Position numbers and translations under genes: made by a program. From NCBI GenBank assembly GCA_010356995.1, contig ML996692.1:507933-571932 (forward strand): a stretch of DNA of 64,000 nt, read 5' to 3'. The DNA is from Trichodelitschia bisporula (lineage: Eukaryota). Below, in pieces: positions 11,749 through 23,779 of the stretch (its first letter is position 1; each line of letters starts with the position of its first letter). The notes under the pieces were generated by a model that saw nothing but the letters and a program-made list of their open reading frames with translations, was not told where the DNA came from and made no database searches.

Positions 11749-12696
11749 CTGTTGCACCTCGGCGTTAGGATTAAGCCAACTCATTCGAAAAGGTGCCTAG
11801 ATGGATTATGCTCCGCCAGTGTTTCTCTGGGAACTGCGCAACATTGTCAGCATAAGATGGAGGATGCTGAAGAGGGAGCGACGCAGAATACAAACGCTGC
11901 ATGGGATCTTGCGGCCATCGTATTTCGTGCGTAACGGTAGCCTGGATACCTAGTCTTTAGTAGCAAAGAAAGCGTTCACACGACATCCTGCAGAAAGTAT
12001 ACTTAGTCCAGCAGCCAAATTGGCCACCGTACATGCTTCAGCGCGCGTAAATCAATCCACACGACATACGGCAACGCAGTCAGGGAACATGGAATTTCAG
12101 AGGCAAACATACAAGACTGAGCAGCATCGGCTGGTGCAAAAATGCGGGATTAGTGAGCAAAACGCATTTGCATGAGGACATGGAAGACGCAACCCCGCAG
12201 TAAAAAGATATGCCAAACAGTACCCAGGCTTGACTCCGGCTTGACTCCGGCGAAACTGCAGCTAGCTAACCCCACGGCCCACACAAACCTAACGGACTAC
12301 GCCCGAGCTCCGTGCATCCGCGGTAAAAGAAGCTAGTTACAACAAACAAAAGGATCCTCCGTCGCTCAAACAAGTAGCGCTCGTGACCAGATTCGAAGTG
12401 GCCTGTGGAGCCGACTGTTGTACAAAAGCCGAATTTTTTCTAAGCCGCCGTAATTGCAATTGATAAACCCTTGATGGCAGAGGAAAAAGAAAGCAGTGAT
12501 TGACTGGTCAAGAATGGAATTGTGGGATGGGAAGGGGTAGACAGATGGGCTGTAACTTTTGCCGAAAGTCAAAGCAAGGAAAACTCCAGATAAATGTCCT
12601 GTCATAAACGCGTGCATCATTCATGAGACATACTCGCATTCCGTTAATGCTCAACGAACGAATGACCGCACAATGGATGAAGCAGTTTAGGAACGC

Positions 12697-14103
12697 TTAC
12701 TGCGCGGCGTTAGAGTAGCAGGCGGGGGATAGTGGAGAACTAACCTTCAGGGGAGCGTAGTTGCTGTACGCCGCGGGACCGGGCATAGCCATGTTGGGGT
12801 AAACCGGGGGGGGAGGGGCGGGCCGGTAGGGAGTGCCGGCAGGCCCAGAGTTGTTCTGGCTGCGGCCCCAGCTAAGGCGAACACGCGAGTTGCCGATCGG
12901 GTAGCCTTGCATCTGGTTGATGGCCATCTCAGCAGCATGGCGCTGGACGAACTGAACGAAGCCGCAACCCTTGCCAGGGGGAATCTTGACATAGGTGATC
13001 TCGCCGAATCCTTGGAAGAACGACCGCAGCTCGTCCTCCGTGACATAGCCAGAGAGACCGCCAACGAAGACGGTGGTATTGTTGGGATCCGTGAACTGGT
13101 TCATCGGCTGAGGGCTGCCGAAGAAGCCCATGGGCGGCGGACCCATGCTGTACATGCCCATGCCTTGAGGACCAGGCATCCCCATGGGAGCAGGGCCAGC
13201 AGCAGCATTGTTCTTGTTCTTTGGGGTTGCCATAGAGATGCGCATCGGCCTGTTGCCACAGTAGACACCCTGCATCTCATTCAAGGCACGCTGCTGCTCG
13301 CTCTCATCGGTAAAGCGAACGAAGCCGTATCCACGAGACATGCCCGAGAGCGGGTCAGACATGATCTTGGCCGACTTGCATGACGGATACTTGGCCTGGA
13401 ACAGCTGGTGGAGCACATGCTCCGTGACCTCAGGCCCAAGGTCACCGACAAAGATTGAAAACTCAGGGCCACGGTCATCACGGCTTATTCAATTAGCCGT
13501 CGCCTTTTTTTTTGGCGCAAAACTCACCTCCGGTCAGCAAGACCACCTCCCGACGCCCAGTTGAGCTTGAACGGCCGGTTCGAGTTAGGGATGGGAGATC
13601 CGTTGTAGGAGAGTGCCTTGGCGGCGGCAGCCGGAGAAGTGAAATCGACGAAGCAGTACCCGGCATTTGAGCTGCGCTTGGTTAGTCTTGCAAGGCGATG
13701 ATATGCGACCAAACTCACCCAGTGAACTTGTCGCGGATCATCTTGACGTTGACCTGCTCGCCAAAAGTGTACCACAGGTTGCGGATGAAGTTCTCATCGA
13801 TCCAAGGCTCCAGCTCGCCCATCCTAAGATTGGTCAGACGGGCAACTCGCGCATGCATCAGTCGACTTACCAGAGCGTCGTCTTCTCCCCCGACGCATTC
13901 TGGCCATCAGGGGACGGTCCACCGGGGACCTGCATGTTCTGCGGCGGATACTGGGGCACGCCCGGATCCATCATCTGGCCCATTTGGCCCATTTGGCCCA
14001 TCTGGCCCATCTGGCCCTGGGGGTTTTGGCCTTGCGCATTGCCCTCGTCCGGCATCGGCTGGCTCCCGTAGTAACCACCCTCATTGCCAGGATTGAAACT
14101 CAT
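12697..14103 (-). CDS. NAM8: NAM8/NGR1/Csx1 (TIA-1-related) triple-RRM mRNA-binding protein, 5 coding exons
   Basis: KTTLW|MGELEPW, NAGYCFVDF, FKLNWASGGG, SRGYGFVRF, DPNNTTVFVGGL, KGCGFVQF and RVRLSWGRSQ. The last intron (12700-12744; GTTAGT...CTAAC...CAG) is followed directly by TAA. Confidence 0.92.
13972..14016 (-). repeat. Coding 9-bp tandem repeat, (Gly-Gln-Met)x5
   Basis: Five copies of GGCCARATG in the low-complexity N-terminus of the NAM8-like protein. Confidence 0.9.
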
Positions 14104-14439
14104 TGTGATGACTTAAGCTGATAACGTTGGAATGGGGTTGACGGAATAGTTGTCAGATGAGATGGCTCAAGCCTGACGTCTGATGAAGAGATGAGCTGAC
14201 GATGCACCAAGACAGTCGCGCGCAAAGACGTACGGGAGTTGAAAAGAGGTATGAAGTTGGAAATCGCGGGTTCAGTGTCGCGCCGCGCACAGTGGTTGTA
14301 GAAGGCAAAGTGGGGCTCGAAAGGCGCTCGGAAACGGCAGCCGTAAACACCCGTTTAATGGCTCCTTTGCGCCAAATGTTGTAAAGAATGACGGCCGTGA
14401 GCTGTGAGAGAAACTGTCGTCGTAACGCAGCAGCAGAAC

Positions 14440-14858
14440 CTGCGGGCACCAGTCAGAAGGGCTGCGGTGAAAAGGTGCGAATGGACGGCGATATGCAAGG
14501 CGAGATAGCGATGAAAACACAACGCAACAACAACTCAATGATCGCGACGGCGAAGCATGCAGGAAGAATGAACCATTTGGGAAGAGGATGTGGGTGGGGA
14601 GGAGGGCACAACAACCGAGAGTCAGGCCGAAGAGAACGCGACTCATGACAAGATGAGAAGCAGTCGCGAACCACGCGCGCCGATGCAGCGGGATGCGCAT
14701 CAACGGCAGCGTTGCGCGATATCGGGAGACGAGACCGTGAAGCAGCATGCTTGCGACAGCAATGGAAGAAACATTGGGAAGACATTGAGGCGATGGGGAA
14801 ATAGTGAGGAGTGCCGGCGCATCTGAAGGATGGAGGGACGGCAGGGCTGGGGACTTAC
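14440..14858 (-). other. Probable 419-nt 5'-UTR intron of the NAM8-like gene
   Basis: Perfect GTAAGT donor at 14858, TCTGAC branch point and CGCAG acceptor at 14440, within a long pyrimidine-rich leader. Confidence 0.55.
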
Positions 14859-17800
14859 GGGATCGTCGGAAAGAGGCGCGACGGGTGTCGTGCGTCCTGT
14901 GTGGTGGGGTGGGGTGGGAGTAAAGAAGTTTTAAAGGTTGATCCTCAAGAAGAGTAAGAGACTAAGAAGAAGCCCGTCAAGACGAAAGAAGTTGAGTTTC
15001 GGAGAAGAGTGAGTGGGTTGGGGGGGGAGGGGGGGGAGAGGTGGTTGAACAACCTTGACGAGATGGAGGGTTTTGGTTGATGGAGGGTTTTTATGGCTGA
15101 AGGCAGGATCGGGCGTTAGTTAAAAGCGGCGAGTGGGGTGGGGGGGAGGAAAGTTCTCTCTCTGTGTGTGCGAGTTGTGTGGAAGAGAGATGGAAGGCGA
15201 GTTTAGAGGAGGGCGAGTACCGGGTAGGTAGGTGGGTTATGACTTTTGCCTTTCCCCTCATCCACCTAGGCGCGGCTTCAACACAAGCGAGTGAGGCGGC
15301 TTACTTAATCTAAGAGCAGCGGCTCAAGAGCGGGATGGATAACCGTGTTCTGGTGCAGGAAGAAACTGTGCCAGAAGACACTGTGCGGAAGGAGCTGAGG
15401 ATACCAAATAGAGATTATTGAGGAAAGCGGATGCTCTTTTTCTGGCGGGGCCTTCAATGGCTTCTTATATGCTCATGCAGTAGTGTAGAAAGAGAAAGTG
15501 AAGGTCCTGTCACCACGAACTATGGGATAGACCGACGCCGGAGACCGAAGTGTGCACGCGGGGTACCGTAGAGTATTTCGCAATGGTCGCGTACGCAGTA
15601 TACGCATACCACAGTACCCTTTATATCGGTCCCATCAGCGCAAGTGCAGGCAGTACGTAGTCGCACTCCGGTATGGTACTAGAACTACAGCCTACCGAAA
15701 GTCAAAGAGTTAAAGAGATATGGTAGAGCGATAAGCAGCAAATCAATGGTTCTCGACCGTACCACTTCCTATCGTACTATGATGGTCGAGGGCCAAAGGG
15801 AAGAGCACGCAGGTCGGGAAAAAGAAAATGAGGATTCGCGTCTGACCAATGTGCGAGGGTTGCCATGCATTCCCTACCACACCGTGTATGCAAGCAATAT
15901 GTCAAAACTCAGGCACGGGCAGATCTGGTGTCCCATCGGCCATCTCACCCGCCAGAAAGGACCCTGCTTTTTCTCAACTACTCCGAACAACTTTCTTCCT
16001 GTGATGCGACCTACCATCATCGCCACTGCCTTGCTTGCTTGAGCTATACGTATATCGTCCCTGATAGTTTCAGTTTGTTTGGGAGCCGGTGAACACCTCT
16101 TCCGCTCTCACATTCTTCACCACTGCATCCGTAAACATCGCTGCAAACCCTCCATTTAAACCGCCAACGCCGATGTGAAATCGCAGCAGACATGGGAGTG
16201 GTGGTATGGTATTTGGCTTCCTACTGCTGGCTTAAGCAAAAAACTAACTTGGGGCCCAGCTATGTTGTCGTCCCAGTTTCATAGGAGGCATCGCCTTTCA
16301 GTCTCGTCGCGTCCAAAGTTCACAGTCTAGGTGTTGAGGCTCTGGTGGCTCCTTCCCCCTCCATTTTCTCCGTGATGGCGTCATATCAGCGGGGTGTGCG
16401 TGGAATGCATATCTGCAGGACTGGTCGCCCTGTCACCTGCTTATTTTTAGGCTCCAATTGCCTGCTTTTTCCCGCTGCGGGCTTCTTCCTGCACGGAACG
16501 TCGAACCGTGGCTTCGAAACGCCTACCTAAACCGACAATCGTCTCCCAAGCTCCTTTCACCTTTCCTACGCGGTACTCAATGTCTATTGACCTCACAATT
16601 GTTCATCCCTTCCATCTCACCATCGATGGTGCGTAGATACCTGCCTCATTGACGCCTTCCGTGCGTCCTCCAGCGCATCGCCAGTGCCACAGAAACGCGT
16701 GAAAACCCTTTCAGCCCCGGTAGAACGCACCTTTCGTCCGAAGCTACGACGCTCAAGTACCAATCAATCAGCATCTTTCGCAACCCGTATCCAGTCAGAA
16801 CGGACTAGAAATAGAGGTGGGCGCACCGGCGGTGCGGTGCTTGCAGCCGGTAAGCTTCGACAATTTAGTGATGGGTACTCCTCGCACGACGTCGTGATCA
16901 AGCCCGATAGGGATCGATCAAAGCCCCACCGATCGCGTTCATATGATGGAAGTGCACTGCTAATCGGCGCACCCAGCTCTACTGTGCAATCAGATCTGTG
17001 ACGCCGGTGCCATTACCGCGGTGCATGCCCTACCACCAATGGCTAGCCAATGCCGCTGCACTCGCACCTTCCCACGATCGAAATCTCAATTTCAGATCTT
17101 ACGTGTCGTCTCTCGGATATCAAATCGCATATCGGCCAGCACCAACTACGCGCTACCCATCCTAGCGACTCCACTTTCGTCTCAACCTTTGTGGCCAATA
17201 GTGTCACACCCAGCCCTATCTTCAGCCTTGTTTGCGGAGACTGTTGGTGGCATCACTCAAGGGCTAGGCGACAAGTGGCTACCCGCGAAATAATCCCGTA
17301 GGCATTGACATCAGGACTTGAGTATATCGTTTGTGGCCTATGGCTCTAATACGTCTTCATAATACTGCTACTTACAGCTGGCGAGCGTCAAGTCCGGTGC
17401 TCTGATGTGGTTCCGCTGGCTCTCAGCTGCGTGAGCTAAAACGGACTCTCAGGAGTCAACTGATTAGCGCAGCGTGTACCCATTTTCGGCCTGTGAGCCG
17501 ACTTCCGGCGACAATTGGTAAAGCGTGACGGCGCCTTCGATCTTGATGGTAAGGTGGTTAAGATTGTTACAGTGGTTTAAGGTAGTTCTCACCGTCAAAT
17601 GGAATGCAGTATCGAGCGTACGTCAGTTGGCCGCACGGCTCGGACCACTGTCGTAGACTAATATGCCCCAGAAGATATCGGCGTCATCATTGCTCTCTGG
17701 TCCTTCGCAACTGTGGCTAAAGGTAAATCATGAGAGATTCTTCTACCCTGGCTGCATACGACTGAGCACAACCATTTCCAGCAAACCGTTGTATTCGCCA

Positions 17801-18319
17801 ACAGCTCATAGCGGCCCCCAGAACCTCGAATAGTCCCCCGAAGGATACGCGCGACCGTGTGATTCGCTTTGGTCTATGACGTGGGTCTATCAGACCTGTG
17901 GAATGCTGGTTGTCCGACCGGTATGGGCTCCGGCGAACACCACGGGACGCGGTGTCTCTCATTGCCGTGCGGTGGCAACGGACCATCATCTCACCGAGAG
18001 CACCGCTGCTGTCATGCTTGAATTGGTCGTGGAAGGTACGGCGGCCGAATAACAACGGCAGCGGGAGGACAGGATGCCGTTATGGTTGGAAAGGTATGGT
18101 GCGGACCATCTAACTTTAGGTTATCTCTGTCGCAAGTGAGAGCTGCTGCTAATCGGATACCCTCACGTCAGCAATCGTTGTTGCAGATTGGCTAGAATGG
18201 GATCTGATGGAGTATCTGTAAGCACTCAGCACGTTCAACGAAGCAGCGAGGAATTTTCAGTGATGTCAATATTTTGGTTATACGCATAGCGCCTCGCGCC
18301 ATGGTCGGCAGCTGCAAAG

Positions 18320-18931
18320 CTACTCGCCGAAGGTCTCGCGTCCCTGCTCGAAGACCTTGTCAAAGTCAAACTCGCCCCACCGGATCTCGGGGCTGAGGCC
18401 AGCAAACTTCCACACGCCGTCGACCTTCTTGTACCAGTGCTTGTTGGTGCTGTGGGCGTGGCCCTTGACCGCCACCTCTTTGCGGGACGCGTCGGTGTAC
18501 TTCTGGTGCGGTACGCGCAGCTGGTGCCAGCCAATGATCTCGGTGTCCGACACCTTCTCCCACCTGGTGCCACCGATGAAGTGCTGCGTCATGAGCAGGG
18601 GGTTGCCCAGCACGGCGGGGTCGGAGATCATCTTCAGGAACTCGTCAGCCGGCATGGCTTCCCAGAGCTTGTCGAGGAAGGAGCGGTAGTCGACCTGTGG
18701 GGCTTGAGTCAGCACCGGGGCGTCTCGTGGAGGTCAGCAGAGAGGTGGTGACTGACGCGAATGGTCGGGGCGATGCACTTGGACAGACGCTCCCAGTCCT
18801 TGCTGTCATAGCTATCTGCCCATTCGAAAACGGCAGACATGCAGCCCATCACCTCTAGTTTTCGTTAGAACCATGGTTAAGCAGGGGAGGATCAGGCGTT
18901 CCGCACCCTCAAAGGTAGGATACGTAGTCAT
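18320..18931 (-). CDS. SCD1: Scytalone dehydratase (DHN-melanin pathway), 3 exons
   Basis: [32 protein letters not shown]...|[16 protein letters not shown]...[13 protein letters not shown]...[10 protein letters not shown]...[34 protein letters not shown] on the minus strand near 19026-19031. Confidence 0.96.
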
Positions 18932-20856
18932 GATTGTATGTAGAGCTTCGAAAAAGGGTACAAGTGTTGAGAGAACGGGACCTGGTGAGAGCGGACCTGG
19001 AGGTCAGATGCCGGACCGACCAGCCTTTATACGCGGCGAGGCGTTCAGCGCCGACACCGACACCGACTCCCCCACCGCACCGTCCGTCACTGATCCCCAA
19101 ATAGAGACTTAGCCCAGCTGCAGCATGCACGTAGCTCGTATCACGTCGACCTCCCGCGCCTCTCACACGCCAAAACGACTCCGCAAAGGCCACCAGCGAC
19201 ACAGCCCGCAGCGCCCGGCCGCAAAGAAACCACAGATATGCAATTATGCGGGCTGCGGCCCCTCATGCATGCCACTTGTAAGGTCCCAGGGCCTGGCGCC
19301 CCGCGCCCAGCTTCGGCTCCCCGACCTCCACTCCCTGCACCCGCTCATGGTAGGGTAGTACAGTACTATTCTAGCCGCAAGAGGCTGGCAAGGCTTCGAC
19401 TCGTAACTGCAAGAACGGACGACGGTTCTCGGACTCGACTTGGGGCTTTGTTCCGACGTGACGGCTGCGTCCCGTTGATGAGTATGGATTCTATGAGGGG
19501 AGGGGAGCCCCGCGCTTACGCACCTCAAGTTACCCGTAGTGCTGAGCTTGAGTTTGGGTGGTTGGGCGAGGCACGGCGGGGGCGTGAGACATGCGGAGGT
19601 TTTTTCGACGCACACTCGTACACTGCGCGTGGAGTCTAGATTGTGTTGATGTGCACAGGTCTGGGCTGGCGACTTGCTCAAACACTTCACCCTCAACATA
19701 CGATGATAGTCCTGCCCCACCGGGCAGTAACGGGTAGTGCCGAAACCCTCAACTCCCTAGAACTTCTACAAACCACTTCTTCTATCCAGTATCAAGCAAA
19801 ACAGCCTATCAAAACACGGTTGCCAGCCTCTGGTCTCCAGATACACAACCGCCCCCCGCCCCCACCTTAACTGCACCTCGCCCGCCCCGCGCAGACGACG
19901 ACCGCGTCCGTGCCCTCATGCATAGCGGGGCTCGCCAAGCGTCCAACCCGCGCGGGGCCCCCACCAGCCCTCAGGGACCCGCGCTCAGGCAGACTGGTGT
20001 AACACCCCTCAGAGGATTGCGCACGCCCTCGACCTGCAAGGTACGAACTTGCTGATCCAGGGTCAGGTAACGACACTGGGCGTTTGATATCATGACGGAC
20101 CGAAGAGTCGTATCTCCGCCGTCAGCAGGTCGTGAGGCTTTACGAGGCTTACTTGTGTATCGAAGAGCCTGGGCAAGCAGGTGCGGGGTAACTAGAAGAG
20201 CGGTGGGCGATGCGGGGGGTTAGCTGTATGCGCGGTGTGTGTATGCGGGAAAAGAAATGGGCGATATGTGCTGTTCCGCGGATGGAAGGTGGACTTGGTT
20301 CCAGTGGATACCGGGTCAGAGGATAGGTTTCTTTTTTTCTGGCGAGATGTCTGAGGGGGTTGGGCATTTTTGAGGATGTCTCGGGTTCGTGGTGGAATTT
20401 GGTGAAGGGGCCTGGAGGAGGTCAGCGCGGGGCAATGCATGAGTCGCTGGATTGAGGCCATCTGCAAAGCGAAGCTTGTGGCGCATTTGGTACCCCGCTT
20501 CGATGATTGACTTTGCGTACAACTTGTTCTCCGTTGTAGTCGGAATAATCAACTCACTTCAGCATCATCGGGGTCGACCGGAAGTCATGGGACGACAATA
20601 CTGCAGCTCGCGACTGGCTTGCTCCGTGATATCATGGCGTCCGCTTCACAGTGCACACTTCGAAGGACTTATGTCTTTGATCTTCCGTTCAAATTTTCAT
20701 TACTTTTGCTTAGGCATCGGCGCATGAAGCTACCAGCATGCAGAACCACATTGACGACATGGCCCTTCCGGAAGATGCCGCATATACAAGCTCTGAGGCA
20801 CCATCAAGCTCTCCAACGCTTCATGGCTTCAAAGTCTCGGTAAATTCCGCTACAGA

Positions 20857-22015
20857 TCACTGGGTTCGTTAGCACGAGCTGTATTGACAGGGAAACTCAT
20901 ACTTGGTCCTTATCCAGATCAGCGATTTGCAGCACCGCCTTGCCGAAGTTCTTCCCCTGGAGCATGCCGACGAAGCCTTCAGCGGCGTTGTCGATGCCTT
21001 CCGTAACGCTCAACTTGGCCTTGAACGACCCATCCGCAATCCACTTCTGCACCTTCTCCTGGTGCTCCGCGGTATACTTGGGCCCCATGTCTGCGTCGCC
21101 CACGATAAAGCCCTGGATCTTGAGGCGCTTGCCGATGACTTGGGCAATGTTCCGAATCGGATATTGTTCACTGGGAGGCAGATTGTACTGCGAGATCATA
21201 CCCGAGACGACTTTCTACCAGTCAGAACTCCACTGATCCTGCTGCAGGAGCAACTTACCGATGCGTCCATGGGGGTTGAGAGCGTCAATGGCAGCTTCGA
21301 GGGTCTCGCCACCCACGTTCTCGTAGTAGATGTCGATGCCATTCGGCGCCAACCGCTTTAACGCATCCGCCGGCTTCTCTTTCTTGTAGTTGAAGGCGGC
21401 ATCAAAACCCAGGTCGTTCAGGATATACTCCACCTTCTTGTCATCGCCAACGCTCCCAATCACCGTGAGGCCTTCCCGCTTCGCAATTGCTCCGACGACC
21501 TGGCCAACGGCACCACTGGCAGCGCTGATGAAGATGGTTTCCCCCTTCTTGGGTTTGCCGATTTCATACAGAGATGAGAAAGCAGTAAGGCCGGGCATAC
21601 CGAGCGGCCCGATGAAAAGCTTCGGGTCCAGGTTATGGGGGTTCTCGAGCTTCTGCGAGCGGCTCGTGGGACCCTCCTCGAGGACCGAGTACTCTTCGGT
21701 ACCGACGCTGTCGCCGATAATGATGACGTCACCAGGCTGGAACTTTTCGGTGCCGGAATGGATGACCTTGGAGATAGTCCGATTGGTGAAGGGCTTCCCA
21801 AGCTCGAACGGTGGTGCGTACGACTTCGTGTCCGCTGCGCGCATGCGGCCGCGCTGGTACGGGTCGAAGGAGACATAGAAGTTCTTGACGATGAGGCCGC
21901 CTTTCGGTGCCGGTTGGTCGAGGTCGAACTCGCGCTTCTCGACGGCAATGTGCTCTCCCGGGACTGGGAAGCCGGTCGGGATCTTCTTGAAAATAAGGCC
22001 TTTGTTCTGAACCAT
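20857..22015 (-). CDS. NADP-dependent alkenal/leukotriene B4 12-hydroxydehydrogenase-type oxidoreductase (MDR, PGR-like)
   Basis: SFDPYQRGRM, LGMPGLTA, ETIFISAASGAVG, GIDIYYENVGG, GMISQYN and GMLQGKNFGKAVL. Intron 21211-21258. A last intron starts at 20902 with two possible acceptors, so the CDS ends at 20857, 20829, or 20897 if the intron is retained. Confidence 0.93.
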
Positions 22016-22873
22016 TTTGACGGGTGTAAAGTGGAGTTTGGGTGGTTTGCCGGATTCGGTGTCATGCGAAGGCTATTTATGCAAGGCTGCCAAAGGGTCG
22101 AGCGGAGTTGGATTTGTCACCCCCGGATTGCATCATCTATCTTGCCCATCCTTAGAACCGATTGCAATGCGCTGGTTGGACATGGGCAAGGCAGTGCGGG
22201 AAGCTTCTACAGTAAGTCAGCTTGCCGAGGCACAATGCTTCGATCAAGAGCTGTGGCCAGGATGCTCCAGGGACGAGCACCACTTCGATGTGAGCTCCAA
22301 ACAAGATCGTAGTTGAACATAGATGATAAAAGGCCTGATTACCAACGCAGTGCCTGGGCAACATTTAACAATAAGCCAGCCGGACATTGCGCAACGTAGA
22401 ACATCAATTGGATTGCACCATTCCATTTGCACGTATGATCGATTGATGTCCAGATGCTCCCAATGTGCGAGGAAATCTTCCTGGGCACCTGGTTCCGCTA
22501 TTGTGCGGGGTCAACTCCACTTCCATTATTAGTAATCCACACTGTACCGTAAGAAGTTTACAGGCCGGCTCGGAGCTCTTCACGCCCAATTGTTGCATTC
22601 ATCAGCATTTGGGACGACAATGAATGAGCACAACTCGGAGATGTTGAATCTAGGAGGTACCCCTTGTACGTCACTTCCACATGAAAGGGGACTTGCTCCT
22701 GCAGCTCCACAATGTACCCCGCCACCCGCCACATCCACTTTGCCAACGAGGCTCTGCTTATGCCATCAGCCCGTCTTGGCGATTCCGTCAGTTCAGCTCT
22801 CGGCCGACTTCACTTGTTGCATCCCTAGGGACGATAACCTCCATCTTCTCATAATTTCGTGAATCCGCTTACA

Positions 22874-23779
22874 ATGGCTCCCCAGGAGATACCTTCGGAG
22901 CCTCCTCCATCTTATGAATCTTCTGCTAAGCCATCGGCTGTTTCTGGGGCCGCTGGTGGACCTGCGAAGCCGGCGGGACCCCGCCCTCCCCTTCCCCTAA
23001 ACCTGCCTGCCTTGGTCAAGCTGAGGGGCAAACGAGTAATCCTGGCTTCTGCGTCACCTAGGAGACGCCAACTGCTGGCACAAGTGAGTCGGAAATCTGA
23101 TGTTGAGAGGGTCCAATGGTCTGACCCACGCAGATCGGCTTGAACAAAATCGAGGTTATCCCATCCAGCTTCGCTGAGGACTTCTCCAAATCCCTTTCAC
23201 CTTTCGAATATGTTGTGCAGACAGCGACGCAGAAGGCAATTTCTGTATACGAACAGGAGATTGACAATGAAGAGAAGGGTGACCCAGCGCTACTTATCGC
23301 CGCCGATACCGTAGTTGTGTCACACTACGGCGAAATCCTGGAGAAGCCACGCTCTGAAGTGGACCACCTGAGGATGTTAAAGATGCTGCGAGACACTGGT
23401 CCCCACAAAGTGTACACAGCTGTCGCCGTCATGGTACCGCTAGAAGGCGGTCAAAGCCCGGGTTACGCGCTGGAGACGCACGTTGAGGAGACATCTGTCA
23501 CCTTTGATTCGAATGGTGTGTCCTGTGTCCAGCAATTGATATATACTTATCCTACTAGTGACGGATGATCTCATCCTTGCGTACGTTCGGACCCGAGAAG
23601 GGGCGGACAAAGCAGGGGGCTATGGAATCCAAGGTCTCGGAGCCATTCTTATCGAGGGCATCAACGGCAGTTATGACTGCGTGGTTGGCCTTCCTCTCCG
23701 TGCCACCCTTCAACTCATCGAAAAGATCCTGACTCCGGATGAAGAAGGAGATATAGATGCGTTTGCCTTTGACGGCTGA
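22874..23779 (+). CDS. Maf/ASMTL-like nucleoside triphosphate pyrophosphatase, 3 exons
   Basis: RVILASASPRRRQLL, LLIAADTVV, ILEKP, ADKAGGYGIQG and CVVGLPL. Introns ~23084-23133 and ~23516-23557. Confidence 0.94.
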
